Below are positions 53,881 through 62,732 of a stretch of 64,000 nucleotides of DNA, piece after piece; position 1 is the stretch's first letter, and each line of letters begins with the position of its first letter. Location: assembly GCA_014240285.1 (NCBI GenBank), contig JAAZXI010000004.1, forward strand, positions 1,476 to 65,475. Direction: 5' to 3'. The notes beneath the pieces were generated by a model. The model worked only from the letters and a program-made list of their open reading frames with translations. It did not search any database and had not been told where the DNA came from. The DNA comes from Methanobacteriota archaeon. GTDB lineage: Archaea > Thermoplasmatota > Poseidoniia > Poseidoniales > Thalassarchaeaceae. A program made the translations under genes and the position numbers.

Positions 53881-55752
53881 ATGGTCTGGAGGAAACTCTC
53901 CCGATATGTCAGGTCCCTAGAGGAGTCTGGCGATATGCTGCGGATCCCTGATTCGGTCGATGTCGAACTGGAGGCGGGCTGCTTTGCCGACCGACTCGTG
54001 AAGCGAGGAGGTCCTGCAATAAAATTCGAGCAGCCCCGCTTACCAGACGGCAGTATCAGCGAGTTTCCTCTGCTGATGAACCTGTACGGGACGAGGGAGC
54101 GGACCTGTAGGGCGCTCGGAGTTGAGGAGCCGAAGCAGGTCGGCGAGGGTATGGTCGCCCTGATGAAGCCCGACATCGGAGGCATACTCAAGGCGCCATG
54201 GACAGGGATAGGTCTTGCGAGGCAGGGCATCGCGATGGCGCCGCGCAAAGTCTCGAGAGGGGCCTGTCAGCAGGTCGTCATGGAGAATCCGGACGTCACT
54301 AGGCTGCCGATACCAAGGACCTGGCCTGAGGATGCCGGGGCGTTCATGACACTCCCGCTGGTCGTCACCGCAGATCCAGATACCGGCGTGCACAATATGG
54401 GAATGTACCGAAGCCAGGTGTTCGGCCCGACAGAGGTGGGTCTACACTGGCAGGCCCACAAGCACGGTGCCGACCACGCTGACGCAGCCAGCGGCAGGAT
54501 GCCGGTAGCGATTTGCCTAGGCGGTCCGCCCGAGCTGACCTTTAGCGCCATCTCTCCATTGCCGGACAACCTAACCGAGTATGAATTCGCAGGACTGCTC
54601 GCCAGAAAGAGGCTTTCGATAGTCAAGTGCGAGACCAGCGACCTCTGGGTACCGGCTGAGTGCGATGTGGTCATCGAGGGTTACACTGTACCCGGCGAGA
54701 CCAGGCTCGAAGGGCCTTTTGGTGACCACTTCGGCTACTACTCTCTAGCCGAGCCGTACCCAGTAATGCACATTACGCGAATCACCCATCGCAGGGATGC
54801 AATGATTCCCATGACCATCGTGGGGCTTCCTCCGATGGAGGATGGTTACCTTGGCGAAGCTGTTGGCGATGCTTTCCTACCCGTGCTGAGGTTCCAGCAT
54901 CGAGACCTCGTCGATCTCTTCCTGCCGCTCGAGACCGGTTTCCATAACCTAGCCATCGTCGCCTCAAAGCAGCGCTACCCGAGGCAGGCACGCAAGACCG
55001 CACTGGGCCTTCTGGGCGCTGGGCAGTTGATGTTCCAGAAGGTGGTGGTGGTGGTGGACAAGGACCATCCGGTCAAGGACCTCGATGCGCTTCTCGACGC
55101 CATCGACTACCGCGTCCACATCCCCGAAGACCTAGTCTTCCTGAGGGGGATGGTCGCTGACACGTTGGCACATGCCGCGCCGTGGGATAACATCCACGAC
55201 AAGTTGGTTATCGATGCCACTACGACTCCGGAGGGAGATCCACACTCCGAGCTGCTTGAGCAACCGGGCTGTCCTGACTCACTGGAGATTTCTGCCTCAG
55301 CGGTGAAGGGAGTCGTCCAAGCTAGGATGCTGCGCTCGTCGATGCTTGTGGTTACTACGAACATCGAAGGGAACCCGAAGCCCGAGAGCAGCATGGAGGA
55401 GCCTAGTGAGGAAGGCGCTGCTAGGCAGCGTGAGGTCATCCGTAGCATCAGCGAAGCGATTTGGTCGCTTGAGGCCGCACAGAATCTGCGCTGGCTGTTC
55501 ATCACCGACGACGACGCATATCTAGCCAGTGATGACTGGCGACGGCGTCTGCTGTGGCAACTGTTCTGCCGTTTCGACGTAGGACGCGACCTGCACTTCG
55601 ACGAGTCCGGTGGCCGGCTCGCATGGGACGCCACCGCACCGATTCCCTCGAGCAAGGGTCCGCTGCCGGTGCGGCGCTGGCCGGGCGTGACCCTGCACGA
55701 CCCCGAGGTCGCGGAGAGGGTGGATGCGTGGCTGGCCGAGGGAGGTTACTGA
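53881..55752 (+). CDS. UbiD-family (prenylated-FMN dependent) decarboxylase with a long C-terminal extension
   Basis: LRSLEESGDMLRI..VDVELE, the PLLMNLYGT-type region, MGMYRSQV, and the GGPPEL...EYEFAG pattern. ATG at 53881 (GTG at 53866 is possible). Confidence 0.85.
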   Translation: MVWRKLSRYVRSLEESGDMLRIPDSVDVELEAGCFADRLVKRGGPAIKFEQPRLPDGSISEFPLLMNLYGTRERTCRALGVEEPKQVGEGMVALMKPDIGGILKAPWTGIGLARQGIAMAPRKVSRGACQQVVMENPDVTRLPIPRTWPEDAGAFMTLPLVVTADPDTGVHNMGMYRSQVFGPTEVGLHWQAHKHGADHADAASGRMPVAICLGGPPELTFSAISPLPDNLTEYEFAGLLARKRLSIVKCETSDLWVPAECDVVIEGYTVPGETRLEGPFGDHFGYYSLAEPYPVMHITRITHRRDAMIPMTIVGLPPMEDGYLGEAVGDAFLPVLRFQHRDLVDLFLPLETGFHNLAIVASKQRYPRQARKTALGLLGAGQLMFQKVVVVVDKDHPVKDLDALLDAIDYRVHIPEDLVFLRGMVADTLAHAAPWDNIHDKLVIDATTTPEGDPHSELLEQPGCPDSLEISASAVKGVVQARMLRSSMLVVTTNIEGNPKPESSMEEPSEEGAARQREVIRSISEAIWSLEAAQNLRWLFITDDDAYLASDDWRRRLLWQLFCRFDVGRDLHFDESGGRLAWDATAPIPSSKGPLPVRRWPGVTLHDPEVAERVDAWLAEGGY

Positions 55753-56708
55753 TGGGAATCAAGGAGATTCTAGACTTCGTCAAGATAGAACATATGTTGT
55801 TCTCCCTTCCGTTTGTCCTGATTGGCTTCGTTCTCGCTGACAAGGAGTTCGGCTCCGAGCAGATGGACATAGTGTGGATACTGGTAGCCGCGGTTGGGGC
55901 TAGAGGACTGGCCTTGACACTCAACCGAATAATCGATCGAGACATCGATGCAGAAAATCCGCGTACCGCTACAAGACACCTTCCTTCAGGCACAATGTCC
56001 GTTCAAACTGCCTGGATTCTTTCAGGGGGCTTCCTCTTGATGCTGCTTCTCGCTGCATGGATGTTGAACGTGGTTGCGCTGCAGATGGCATGGCTACCGG
56101 TGCTCGTGTTCGTAATCTATCCTTACACAAAGCGCATCTCATGGATATGCCACTTCTGGGTGGGGCTGTGCCTAGCACTCGCTCCAGCCGGCGCATGGGT
56201 CGCCATCACAGCGGATACCCACGGCTGGGCGGCTATCACCGGAATGCTGGATGGGCAGACCGAGTTCCTGTGGTTTCCAGAGGTGTTCTTCATCTCGTTT
56301 GGAGTGGCGCTTTGGATAGCAGCATTCGACATCAACTACGCTTTGATGGACCAAGATGAGGATCGCAAGCAGGGAATTCGCTCATTCCCCGCAAGTTACG
56401 GCCAAGAGGCAACTAGGAAACTGAGTGTGGCTCTGACTATCGGCTGGCTAGCGTGCTTTCTGCTAACAGGCATGCACGACTTCACCGACCGGCGGTTATT
56501 CCGTTACACGCTTTGGGTTCCTGCTGTGGTGCTGATGGCGCTGATCAACATCTTCGTGATGACAAAAGGGGCGCAGGCTGCAACTGAGTCTGACGAGGCC
56601 ATGGGGGGGTTCCAGAAGACTCTGTTCCGTGCCTCGATGTTCACAGGATGGGCATTGCTGGCTAGTCTCATGTTCGTAGAGTATTACACTGATGGACTGG
56701 AAGATTGA
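55752..56708 (+). CDS. UbiA-family aromatic prenyltransferase
   Basis: FVKIEHMLFSLPF, NRIIDRDIDAENPRT (first Asp-rich motif), DINYALMDQDEDRKQG (second). The ATG overlaps the UbiD stop by 1 nt (TGATG). Confidence 0.85.
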   Translation: MGIKEILDFVKIEHMLFSLPFVLIGFVLADKEFGSEQMDIVWILVAAVGARGLALTLNRIIDRDIDAENPRTATRHLPSGTMSVQTAWILSGGFLLMLLLAAWMLNVVALQMAWLPVLVFVIYPYTKRISWICHFWVGLCLALAPAGAWVAITADTHGWAAITGMLDGQTEFLWFPEVFFISFGVALWIAAFDINYALMDQDEDRKQGIRSFPASYGQEATRKLSVALTIGWLACFLLTGMHDFTDRRLFRYTLWVPAVVLMALINIFVMTKGAQAATESDEAMGGFQKTLFRASMFTGWALLASLMFVEYYTDGLED

Positions 56709-56717
56709 GGTCATACG

Positions 56718-58994
56718 ATGTTCCGACTGCACGCAGAGTATGACACCGCTGGTGACCAGCAGCAGGCCATCGACCAGTTGGTAGAGCAGTTGGAAGCAGG
56801 TCAGGAGCGTTGCGTGCTGCTAGGTGTGACTGGTTCGGGCAAGACCTTTGCCATGGCCAAGGTCATCGAGAAGTTACAACTCCCGACGCTGATTCTGTCA
56901 CACAACAAGACGCTAGCTCGACAGTTATGGCAGGAGATGAGTGAACTGTTTCCCGAGAACGCGGTGGAGTACTTCGTCAGCTACTATGACTACTACCAGC
57001 CTGAGGCTTACATTCCCGGGCGCGATCTATATATCGACAAGGAACTGCAGATGAACGAGCGAATCGAGCAGGAGCGTTTCTCCACTGTGGCCTCTCTCGT
57101 CTCACGCCCCGATGTCATCACCGTGGGAACGGTCTCTATCATTTACGGGCTGAACCCTCCTGAGGTGTTCGAGCAGAATCACCTGAGGCTGGCTGTGGGC
57201 GACCAGGCTGACCCGCAAGACGTGGTCCGGCAGCTGGTCGGCCTGCAGTACCGCCGCACCACCGGCGAGATTGCGCGCGGTGACATCCGCCTGCGCGGCG
57301 AGGTGCTCGATGTCTGGATGCCAAGCCGTGACGATCCTTTGCGCATCCGCTTCGGCTGGGATGGTATCGAGCGCATCCAGGTCTGCGAGGCGGTCTCGTG
57401 GGAGCCACTCGACGACTTCGAAGAAGCCTGGATTCACCCACGCGAGTTCTATATGACTAGCGAGGAGCGTTTCAATCAGGCCCTCGAGGATATCGAGGCC
57501 GAGCTCAATGACAGACTGGAGTGGTTCAACTCCAATGATATGGAACTAGAGGCACACAGACAGGAGAAGCGCACTAAGTTCGACCTAGAGATGCTTAACG
57601 AGGTAGGCTCGTGCAAGGGCGTCGAGAATTACTCGATGCACTTCGACGGCAGGCAGCGCGGCGAGCGCTCGTACTGCCTGCTTGACTTCTTCTCTATGTG
57701 TGCCGAGAAATACCACGGAGGCCCGGAGAGGTACCTCGTCGTCATGGACGAGTCACACGTCACACTTCCACAGGTGACAGGGATGCACGGTGGCGACTTC
57801 TCACGCAAGAAGAATCTCATCGATCACGGCTTCCGTCTGCCCTCAGCCTACGACAACCGTCCACTGCGCATCGACGAATTCCAGAAACTGGTGCCGCAGA
57901 TGATGTACGTCAGTGCGACCCCGGGTGAGCGCGAACTGCGTCATTTGGCAGAAATCACCGGACAGGGAGTCCCAGAGGGCCTGCTGCACGTCCAGGGTGG
58001 TGGCGGCGCTAGGGCAGCTGAGCGGGACAAGCCGCGTGAGAGGGTGATGATGGAAGGGATGCTGGGCCAGATAGAAGGCATTGCTAGGATGGAAATCCGA
58101 CCCACTGGGCTGCTCGACCCGGGCATCGAGGTCAGAGCTACGGCCGGGCAAGTGCAGGATCTCGAGGATGAAATCCGCAAGCGCATAGAGGTCAACGAGC
58201 GAGTCCTTGTGACAGTGATGACCATCAAATTCGCAGAGGAGGTGGCCGAGTACCTCAATCGCCAAGGCTTCAAGGCGCATCACCTGCACAGTGAGATTGA
58301 CACACTGGAGCGTACTGAGATCATCAAAGCGCTGCGTATCGGTCACATCGACATCATAGTCGGAATCAACCTGCTGAGGGAAGGGCTGGACATACCCGAG
58401 GTCTCACTGGTCGCCATCTTCGACGCCGACAAAGAGGGATTCCTGCGCAACGAACGCTCACTGCTGCAGACTATTGGCAGAGCGAGTCGCAATGAGCACG
58501 GCTCGGTCATCCTGTACGCCGACTCGGTCTCGCTGGCGATGGAGGCCGCAATCAGCCAAACGTTGTCGAGGCGTAGCATGCAGAGTGCGCACAACGAGGA
58601 GTACGGCATCGTGCCGCAGACCATCCGCAAGGCGCTGCCTGTGATGGGAGAGGAGGTCGAAGACCTGTTGTCCGGAGTGGCGGGCAAGGGCAAGCGAGGT
58701 GGGCGGCGAATGGTCGGCAAAGCGCCCGGGAAGCGCGGGCTTGAGGGGTTGGCGCAGAAGTTCGGCCTCGGAGCGGGAGTATGGAACTCCTCGGACTCTG
58801 TGCTCGAGAATGTCAGTCAGCCCGACTGGGTGGCTGCGGCTTACGAGGCGGTCGCAAACGAGGAGGGGGGCGATACAGCGAAGCTGATTATTCGTTTGGA
58901 GAAGGAGATGAGGCAGGCCGCGGCTAGGTTAGATTTCGAACGTGCAGCACAGTTGCGCGACCGTATATTCCAGCTTGAGAGTGCGTCGAATTGA
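56718..58994 (+). CDS. uvrB: Excinuclease ABC subunit B
   Basis: GDQQQAI, LLGVTGSGKTF, NAVEYFVSYYDYYQPEAYIP, VMDESH, RPTGLLDP, IVGINLLREGLDIPEVSLVAIFDADKEGFLR, and a C-terminal UVR motif DFERAAQLRDRI. Confidence 0.95.
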   Translation: MFRLHAEYDTAGDQQQAIDQLVEQLEAGQERCVLLGVTGSGKTFAMAKVIEKLQLPTLILSHNKTLARQLWQEMSELFPENAVEYFVSYYDYYQPEAYIPGRDLYIDKELQMNERIEQERFSTVASLVSRPDVITVGTVSIIYGLNPPEVFEQNHLRLAVGDQADPQDVVRQLVGLQYRRTTGEIARGDIRLRGEVLDVWMPSRDDPLRIRFGWDGIERIQVCEAVSWEPLDDFEEAWIHPREFYMTSEERFNQALEDIEAELNDRLEWFNSNDMELEAHRQEKRTKFDLEMLNEVGSCKGVENYSMHFDGRQRGERSYCLLDFFSMCAEKYHGGPERYLVVMDESHVTLPQVTGMHGGDFSRKKNLIDHGFRLPSAYDNRPLRIDEFQKLVPQMMYVSATPGERELRHLAEITGQGVPEGLLHVQGGGGARAAERDKPRERVMMEGMLGQIEGIARMEIRPTGLLDPGIEVRATAGQVQDLEDEIRKRIEVNERVLVTVMTIKFAEEVAEYLNRQGFKAHHLHSEIDTLERTEIIKALRIGHIDIIVGINLLREGLDIPEVSLVAIFDADKEGFLRNERSLLQTIGRASRNEHGSVILYADSVSLAMEAAISQTLSRRSMQSAHNEEYGIVPQTIRKALPVMGEEVEDLLSGVAGKGKRGGRRMVGKAPGKRGLEGLAQKFGLGAGVWNSSDSVLENVSQPDWVAAAYEAVANEEGGDTAKLIIRLEKEMRQAAARLDFERAAQLRDRIFQLESASN

Positions 58995-60003
58995 AGGCTC
59001 GGAAGCACTGCGAAGGGGCGTGCCGGAGTACAACAAGGACGACTTCACCGCACCGGTGGAGGACTACGACTTCTCTACTACAGACAACGTTCGTTCACTC
59101 ATCGATCAGATGGGGCACGCTGGTGGTTTCACCGCTACCAAGCTCGCGCACGCGCGCGATGTGCTTAGCGATGCGATGGTCAAGAGCGGTCAGGAAGGAG
59201 TTCTCAACTGGCTCTCGTTCCCGGCTTGCTTGTGTGCTACAGGGACTCGGGGATTCTTCCTCGAGGCGCTCAAGCGCAAGGCGTTCAACGTGGTCATCAC
59301 CACTTGTGGCACCCTAGACCACGACATTGCTCGCACCTACCAGGATTACTTCCACGGCGACTTTAACCTCGATGACGTCGCACTCGGAGAGCAAGGACTC
59401 AATCGGCTCGGCAACGTCATCGTGCCAAATGAGTGCTACGGCGAGATAATCGAGACAGTCGTGCTGCCATGGCTGGAGGATATCGAAGCAGAACGTACAG
59501 CAGAGAAGTCTGGCAACCCGTGGCTTGGCTTCGGCTCTGTCGAACTATGCTGGGCGATGGGCGACCGCATAGAAGACGAAGGGTCACTTCTTCACTGGGC
59601 GGCCAAGCACCGCATCCCCATCGTCATTCCCGGACTCTCCGATGGATCAATCGGTTCTCAGTTATTCATGCATCGGCAGAAGAGTCCGAATTTCATGGTT
59701 GATTTCCTCGCCGACGAGCAGATCCTCTCAGACCTCACCTGGACCGCCGAGGAGAGTCATGCGCTGATGATCGGAGGAGGCATTTCCAAACACCATGTAA
59801 TCTGGTGGAACCAGTATCGCGGTGGTCTCGACTCTGCGGTTGGTATCACCACCGCCCCTGAGCATGATGGCTCACTCTCAGGCGCGCGCCTGCGCGAGGC
59901 AGTCTCCTGGGGCAAGATTCGTCCCGACGCCCAACACGTGACAGTAGAGGGTGATGCCTCGGTGCTATTGCCCCTGCTTGGCGCCGACCTGTTTCGCGAT
60001 TAG
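58942..60003 (+). CDS. dhs: Deoxyhypusine synthase
   Basis: GGFTATKL, VITTCGTLDHD, NRLGNVIVPNE and GGGISKHH are typical DHS motifs. There is no in-frame ATG near the N-terminus. GTG 58942, TTG 58975 and GTG 58981 are candidates, and all overlap the uvrB 3' end. Confidence 0.85.
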   Translation: MQHSCATVYSSLRVRRIEGSEALRRGVPEYNKDDFTAPVEDYDFSTTDNVRSLIDQMGHAGGFTATKLAHARDVLSDAMVKSGQEGVLNWLSFPACLCATGTRGFFLEALKRKAFNVVITTCGTLDHDIARTYQDYFHGDFNLDDVALGEQGLNRLGNVIVPNECYGEIIETVVLPWLEDIEAERTAEKSGNPWLGFGSVELCWAMGDRIEDEGSLLHWAAKHRIPIVIPGLSDGSIGSQLFMHRQKSPNFMVDFLADEQILSDLTWTAEESHALMIGGGISKHHVIWWNQYRGGLDSAVGITTAPEHDGSLSGARLREAVSWGKIRPDAQHVTVEGDASVLLPLLGADLFRD

Positions 60004-60066
60004 TGGATGAATAGTCGACTAAAGCCGTGCAAATGCATAAAGGCGGTCAGCAGAGCGGCCGCCTCT

Positions 60067-60249
60067 ATGTCCGTTGAAACGATGGTACAGGGAATGATTG
60101 ATGCACTAAACGATGCGCTTGGCGACGCTGCCAAGCACGACCGCGGTAACAGCGCCGCTGGGACCCGCGTAAGGAAGGCAATGCAGGGCTGCAAGAACGT
60201 CGCTCAAGACGTCAGAAAGCAGGTCCAGTCCGACAAGAACTCACGTTGA
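60067..60249 (+). CDS. Small Hc1-like (bacterial histone H1-like) basic protein
   Basis: MSVETMVQGMIDALNDALGDAAKHDRGNSAAGTRVRKAMQGCKNVAQDVRKQV parallels the chlamydial Hc1 N-domain (...LLKAEKGNKAAAQRVRTESIKLEK.AK.YRKE), from memory. ATG at 60067 inside ORF 60007..60249. Confidence 0.5.
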   Translation: MSVETMVQGMIDALNDALGDAAKHDRGNSAAGTRVRKAMQGCKNVAQDVRKQVQSDKNSR

Positions 60250-60250
60250 A

Positions 60251-60931
60251 TCAGTCGTTCCTGTGAGCGAATACCTCCATCAGTGCTACTCTCATGGAGA
60301 CTAGTGGGCGCCAGCCTTCTCCCCCGGCTTTCAGTAAGGAGTCATGCAAGGGCCCCAAATCTGGACGGAGGTCCTTGGGCCTGTAGCTAGAGGCTGCGGG
60401 GCTGGTGTCCTCAGTCAGAGAGTGAATCGTGTGACTGTGGTGCAGCGCGTTGGTGAAACGCGACCACATCAGTGTCATCTCGGCTAGCACTGACTTTGGC
60501 GTCCATGCCCTTCGTCCGCTCATGTCAATGACTCCTTGAATTGCGGCATCGGTGTCGGCCAGTATCAGCAGAGAGAGGGCATCAGTGGCGTCTCTGACGT
60601 GGACCCAGTGCCGTGCCTCGATGTCAGGAGGGTGAATGCCCTCCGCTCCATCCTTAACCCAGTCGGCCCAGTCATGGATGACCTCACTGCCCCAATCGAT
60701 GGCGCCTTCGGGAATCAGCAGATCGTGTATCCTGATTACCAGATCAGCCTCTCCGTGCTCGATGTGAGCGGGCACTATAGCGACGTCACCACTGGCGCCC
60801 TCGCCAATACCAACCGTGACCTCGGCCTCGCTGGGGTCATCAGTCAGCGTCGCCCCGGCACGGTGCAGTCTATCGGCCAGTGCATGGTAGAAGGCGTCTA
60901 CTGCGCCACTGATGTGGACTGTCTTCGGCAT
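60251..60931 (-). CDS. Hypothetical protein, possibly a degenerate NAD-epimerase-like fold
   Basis: RHWVHVRDATDAL recalls the extended-SDR R.f.hV.D motif. However, no GxxGxxG or YxxxK was seen. It lies 7 nt downstream of the aminotransferase gene. Confidence 0.4.
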   Translation of the reverse strand: MPKTVHISGAVDAFYHALADRLHRAGATLTDDPSEAEVTVGIGEGASGDVAIVPAHIEHGEADLVIRIHDLLIPEGAIDWGSEVIHDWADWVKDGAEGIHPPDIEARHWVHVRDATDALSLLILADTDAAIQGVIDMSGRRAWTPKSVLAEMTLMWSRFTNALHHSHTIHSLTEDTSPAASSYRPKDLRPDLGPLHDSLLKAGGEGWRPLVSMRVALMEVFAHRND

Positions 60932-60938
60932 TCTACCA

Positions 60939-62486
60939 CTATGCTACAGACTCTGCTTCGACACTCTCTGCCGCTGTGAACCGGCGAAGTCCATCGCGCA
61001 GGACGTCGATAATCAGGTCAATCTCGGCTGAGGTGATGGCGAAGTGAGGAGTGAACCTGAGGGCGTTCTGTCCGCCGTGTATTACACCCAACCCATTGAG
61101 TCTGCACCACTCCTCGACATATCCGAAGCCAACTACGGGCAGAGTCTCGGGGTCGAGTTCGGCGCACAGCAGCAGACCAGTCCCTCTGACCTTTGTTATG
61201 GCCCCAGGAATCTCCTCAGACAGCGCCTCGAGCTTTTGGACGAACTCGGCTCCGCGATTCCTGATATTCTGCCTCAATTCAGGAGTAACCCGGTCGAGCA
61301 CCGAGATTGCTGTCTCAAGCGCCCTAGGATTGGTAGTCATCGTGTTGCCATAGATGCCGACTACATACAGGCCAGCGGCCCTATCGGACAACCCAACGAC
61401 GGAAAGCGGGTACTGCCCTGCGTTGAGTGCCTTGGACCAAGTCTCCATATCCGGCACCTCACAGTCCTCGAAGCCATCATAGTCGACGATGCTAAGGCAG
61501 CCCTGCCCGCGCAGTCCAGCCTGTATGGAGTCGATGATCAGCATACTGCCGTGTGCCGTGCACAATGAGCGCGCAGCGTCGTAGAACTCCCTAGTGACGC
61601 ACTGGCCAGGATTGCCCTCACCCATCACCGGTTCCATCGCCATCAGCTCGATGTAGAATCCCTCGTCATCGGCGCGGGAAAATGCATCTCGCAGCGCCTC
61701 GACGTCATTGGGATCAACAAACATCACGTTGTCGCGGTCTCGGAAGGTCGCGAGGTTCTCCTCGTAGCCTTCACTGCACGAGTCGGAGATCATAGCTGGC
61801 CTCTGCGTTCTTCCATGGAATGCGTTGGTAAGAGCCAGTAGCTTGGTCGGTTTGCCCTCATGGCGTCCCCCCTCTTCGGTCATGGACTTCGTGTTGGCGT
61901 CTGCAATCCTCATCGAAATGGTGACTGACTCCGAACCGCTGTTGAGGCAGACGAATCGCGAGAACGGACAGCTGCCTCTACTATGGCCGACCTCTCTTCG
62001 CAGTCTGTCAGCAAGCCGCTTTTGACTGAAAGACGGGGTCATCACGTTGGCCATCACCCAGTTTTGCTGCATGGAGTGGATGATGTCATCAGGCCCATGC
62101 CCCATTCCCATCATGCCGTAGCCGCCGTTGTCATGCAGCACGGCCCCGTGTGAAGTAACGATCCACGGACCACGAGCTGCTATCGCGACGTAGGGGTTGA
62201 CAGTCGGGGCCGAGTAGAAATTCACGTAGTCTGATTGGAGCTCAGACACGAGATCAGATTCCTCCATTTTGAACAGCCTGTCTCCAAGGTCGCTCCTGAG
62301 GCTCTGGAAATTGTCCGAAGCCTCGTCAATCGCCCTATTCAGAGAGGGGTCCGACTCAAGGAAGTCACGAATCACCTCGTCCCTCAGGCCGACGGTCCTA
62401 GGCTCACCGGTACTGTGACGAATCTGTAACAGGGCTTCCATACCGTCTCCCATCGCTTTCGGGAAGGCCAATGCCCACATCAACAT
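60939..62486 (-). CDS. Class-III (PLP-dependent) aminotransferase with an N-terminal extension
   Basis: GSESV, MLIIDSIQAGLRGQG (DxxQxG), TWSKALNAG (Schiff-base Lys region). Substrate unknown. Alternative starts at M12 or M16. Confidence 0.8.
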   Translation of the reverse strand: MLMWALAFPKAMGDGMEALLQIRHSTGEPRTVGLRDEVIRDFLESDPSLNRAIDEASDNFQSLRSDLGDRLFKMEESDLVSELQSDYVNFYSAPTVNPYVAIAARGPWIVTSHGAVLHDNGGYGMMGMGHGPDDIIHSMQQNWVMANVMTPSFSQKRLADRLRREVGHSRGSCPFSRFVCLNSGSESVTISMRIADANTKSMTEEGGRHEGKPTKLLALTNAFHGRTQRPAMISDSCSEGYEENLATFRDRDNVMFVDPNDVEALRDAFSRADDEGFYIELMAMEPVMGEGNPGQCVTREFYDAARSLCTAHGSMLIIDSIQAGLRGQGCLSIVDYDGFEDCEVPDMETWSKALNAGQYPLSVVGLSDRAAGLYVVGIYGNTMTTNPRALETAISVLDRVTPELRQNIRNRGAEFVQKLEALSEEIPGAITKVRGTGLLLCAELDPETLPVVGFGYVEEWCRLNGLGVIHGGQNALRFTPHFAITSAEIDLIIDVLRDGLRRFTAAESVEAESVA

Positions 62487-62732
62487 TCTCCGAAATCGGA
62501 TTCATAGAATCCGTACGGAACACCTCCGAAAATGGGAGAAACATGATTTCCGATAATCATACAAATAATCAAACTGACTTTAGTTTTCCAATTGAAAAAT
62601 TAGAGATAGGATGAATATTTCAATTGTATTATCAGTCTTAGATAACGGATAGTATAAGTGCCAAGGAGCCTGTTGGAAGAGCAGGAGAAATGCCCCGGGG
62701 ATGCACTTCTCCTCCCGCCAGGGAGGAATTTA
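62487..62732. promoter_or_regulatory. AT-rich divergent control region with clustered TCCG...CGGA palindromes
   Basis: The core 62531-62660 is about 28 % G+C by hand count. TCCGAAATCGGA lies at 62489-62500 and the perfect palindrome TCCGTACGGA at 62510-62519. Further TCCGA half-sites occur at 62525 and 62549. GGGAGG lies 6 nt before ATG 62733. Confidence 0.5.

Noticed and set aside
53613-54248. 211-aa minus-strand ORF spanning the GGR/UbiD divergent junction
   Set aside because: It overlaps two confidently identified genes in other frames, and its product is Arg/Pro/Ser-rich.
55554-55751. Long N-terminal extensions offered by the ORF track: UbiA from 55554, GT2 from 72, uvrC from 9587, the envelope gene up to 14721, hxlR from 44077, and the wHTH gene from 45346
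   Set aside because: The extensions are Arg/Pro/Gly-rich and overlap upstream genes. They precede internal ATGs that give canonical N-termini (signal peptides, GIY-YIG, GT2 or UbiA starts).
57930-58097. Possible intein or mobile insertion in uvrB
   Set aside because: There are only about 40 extra residues. There is no Cys/Ser at the N-terminal junction, no His-Asn C-terminal junction, and no homing-endonuclease motif.
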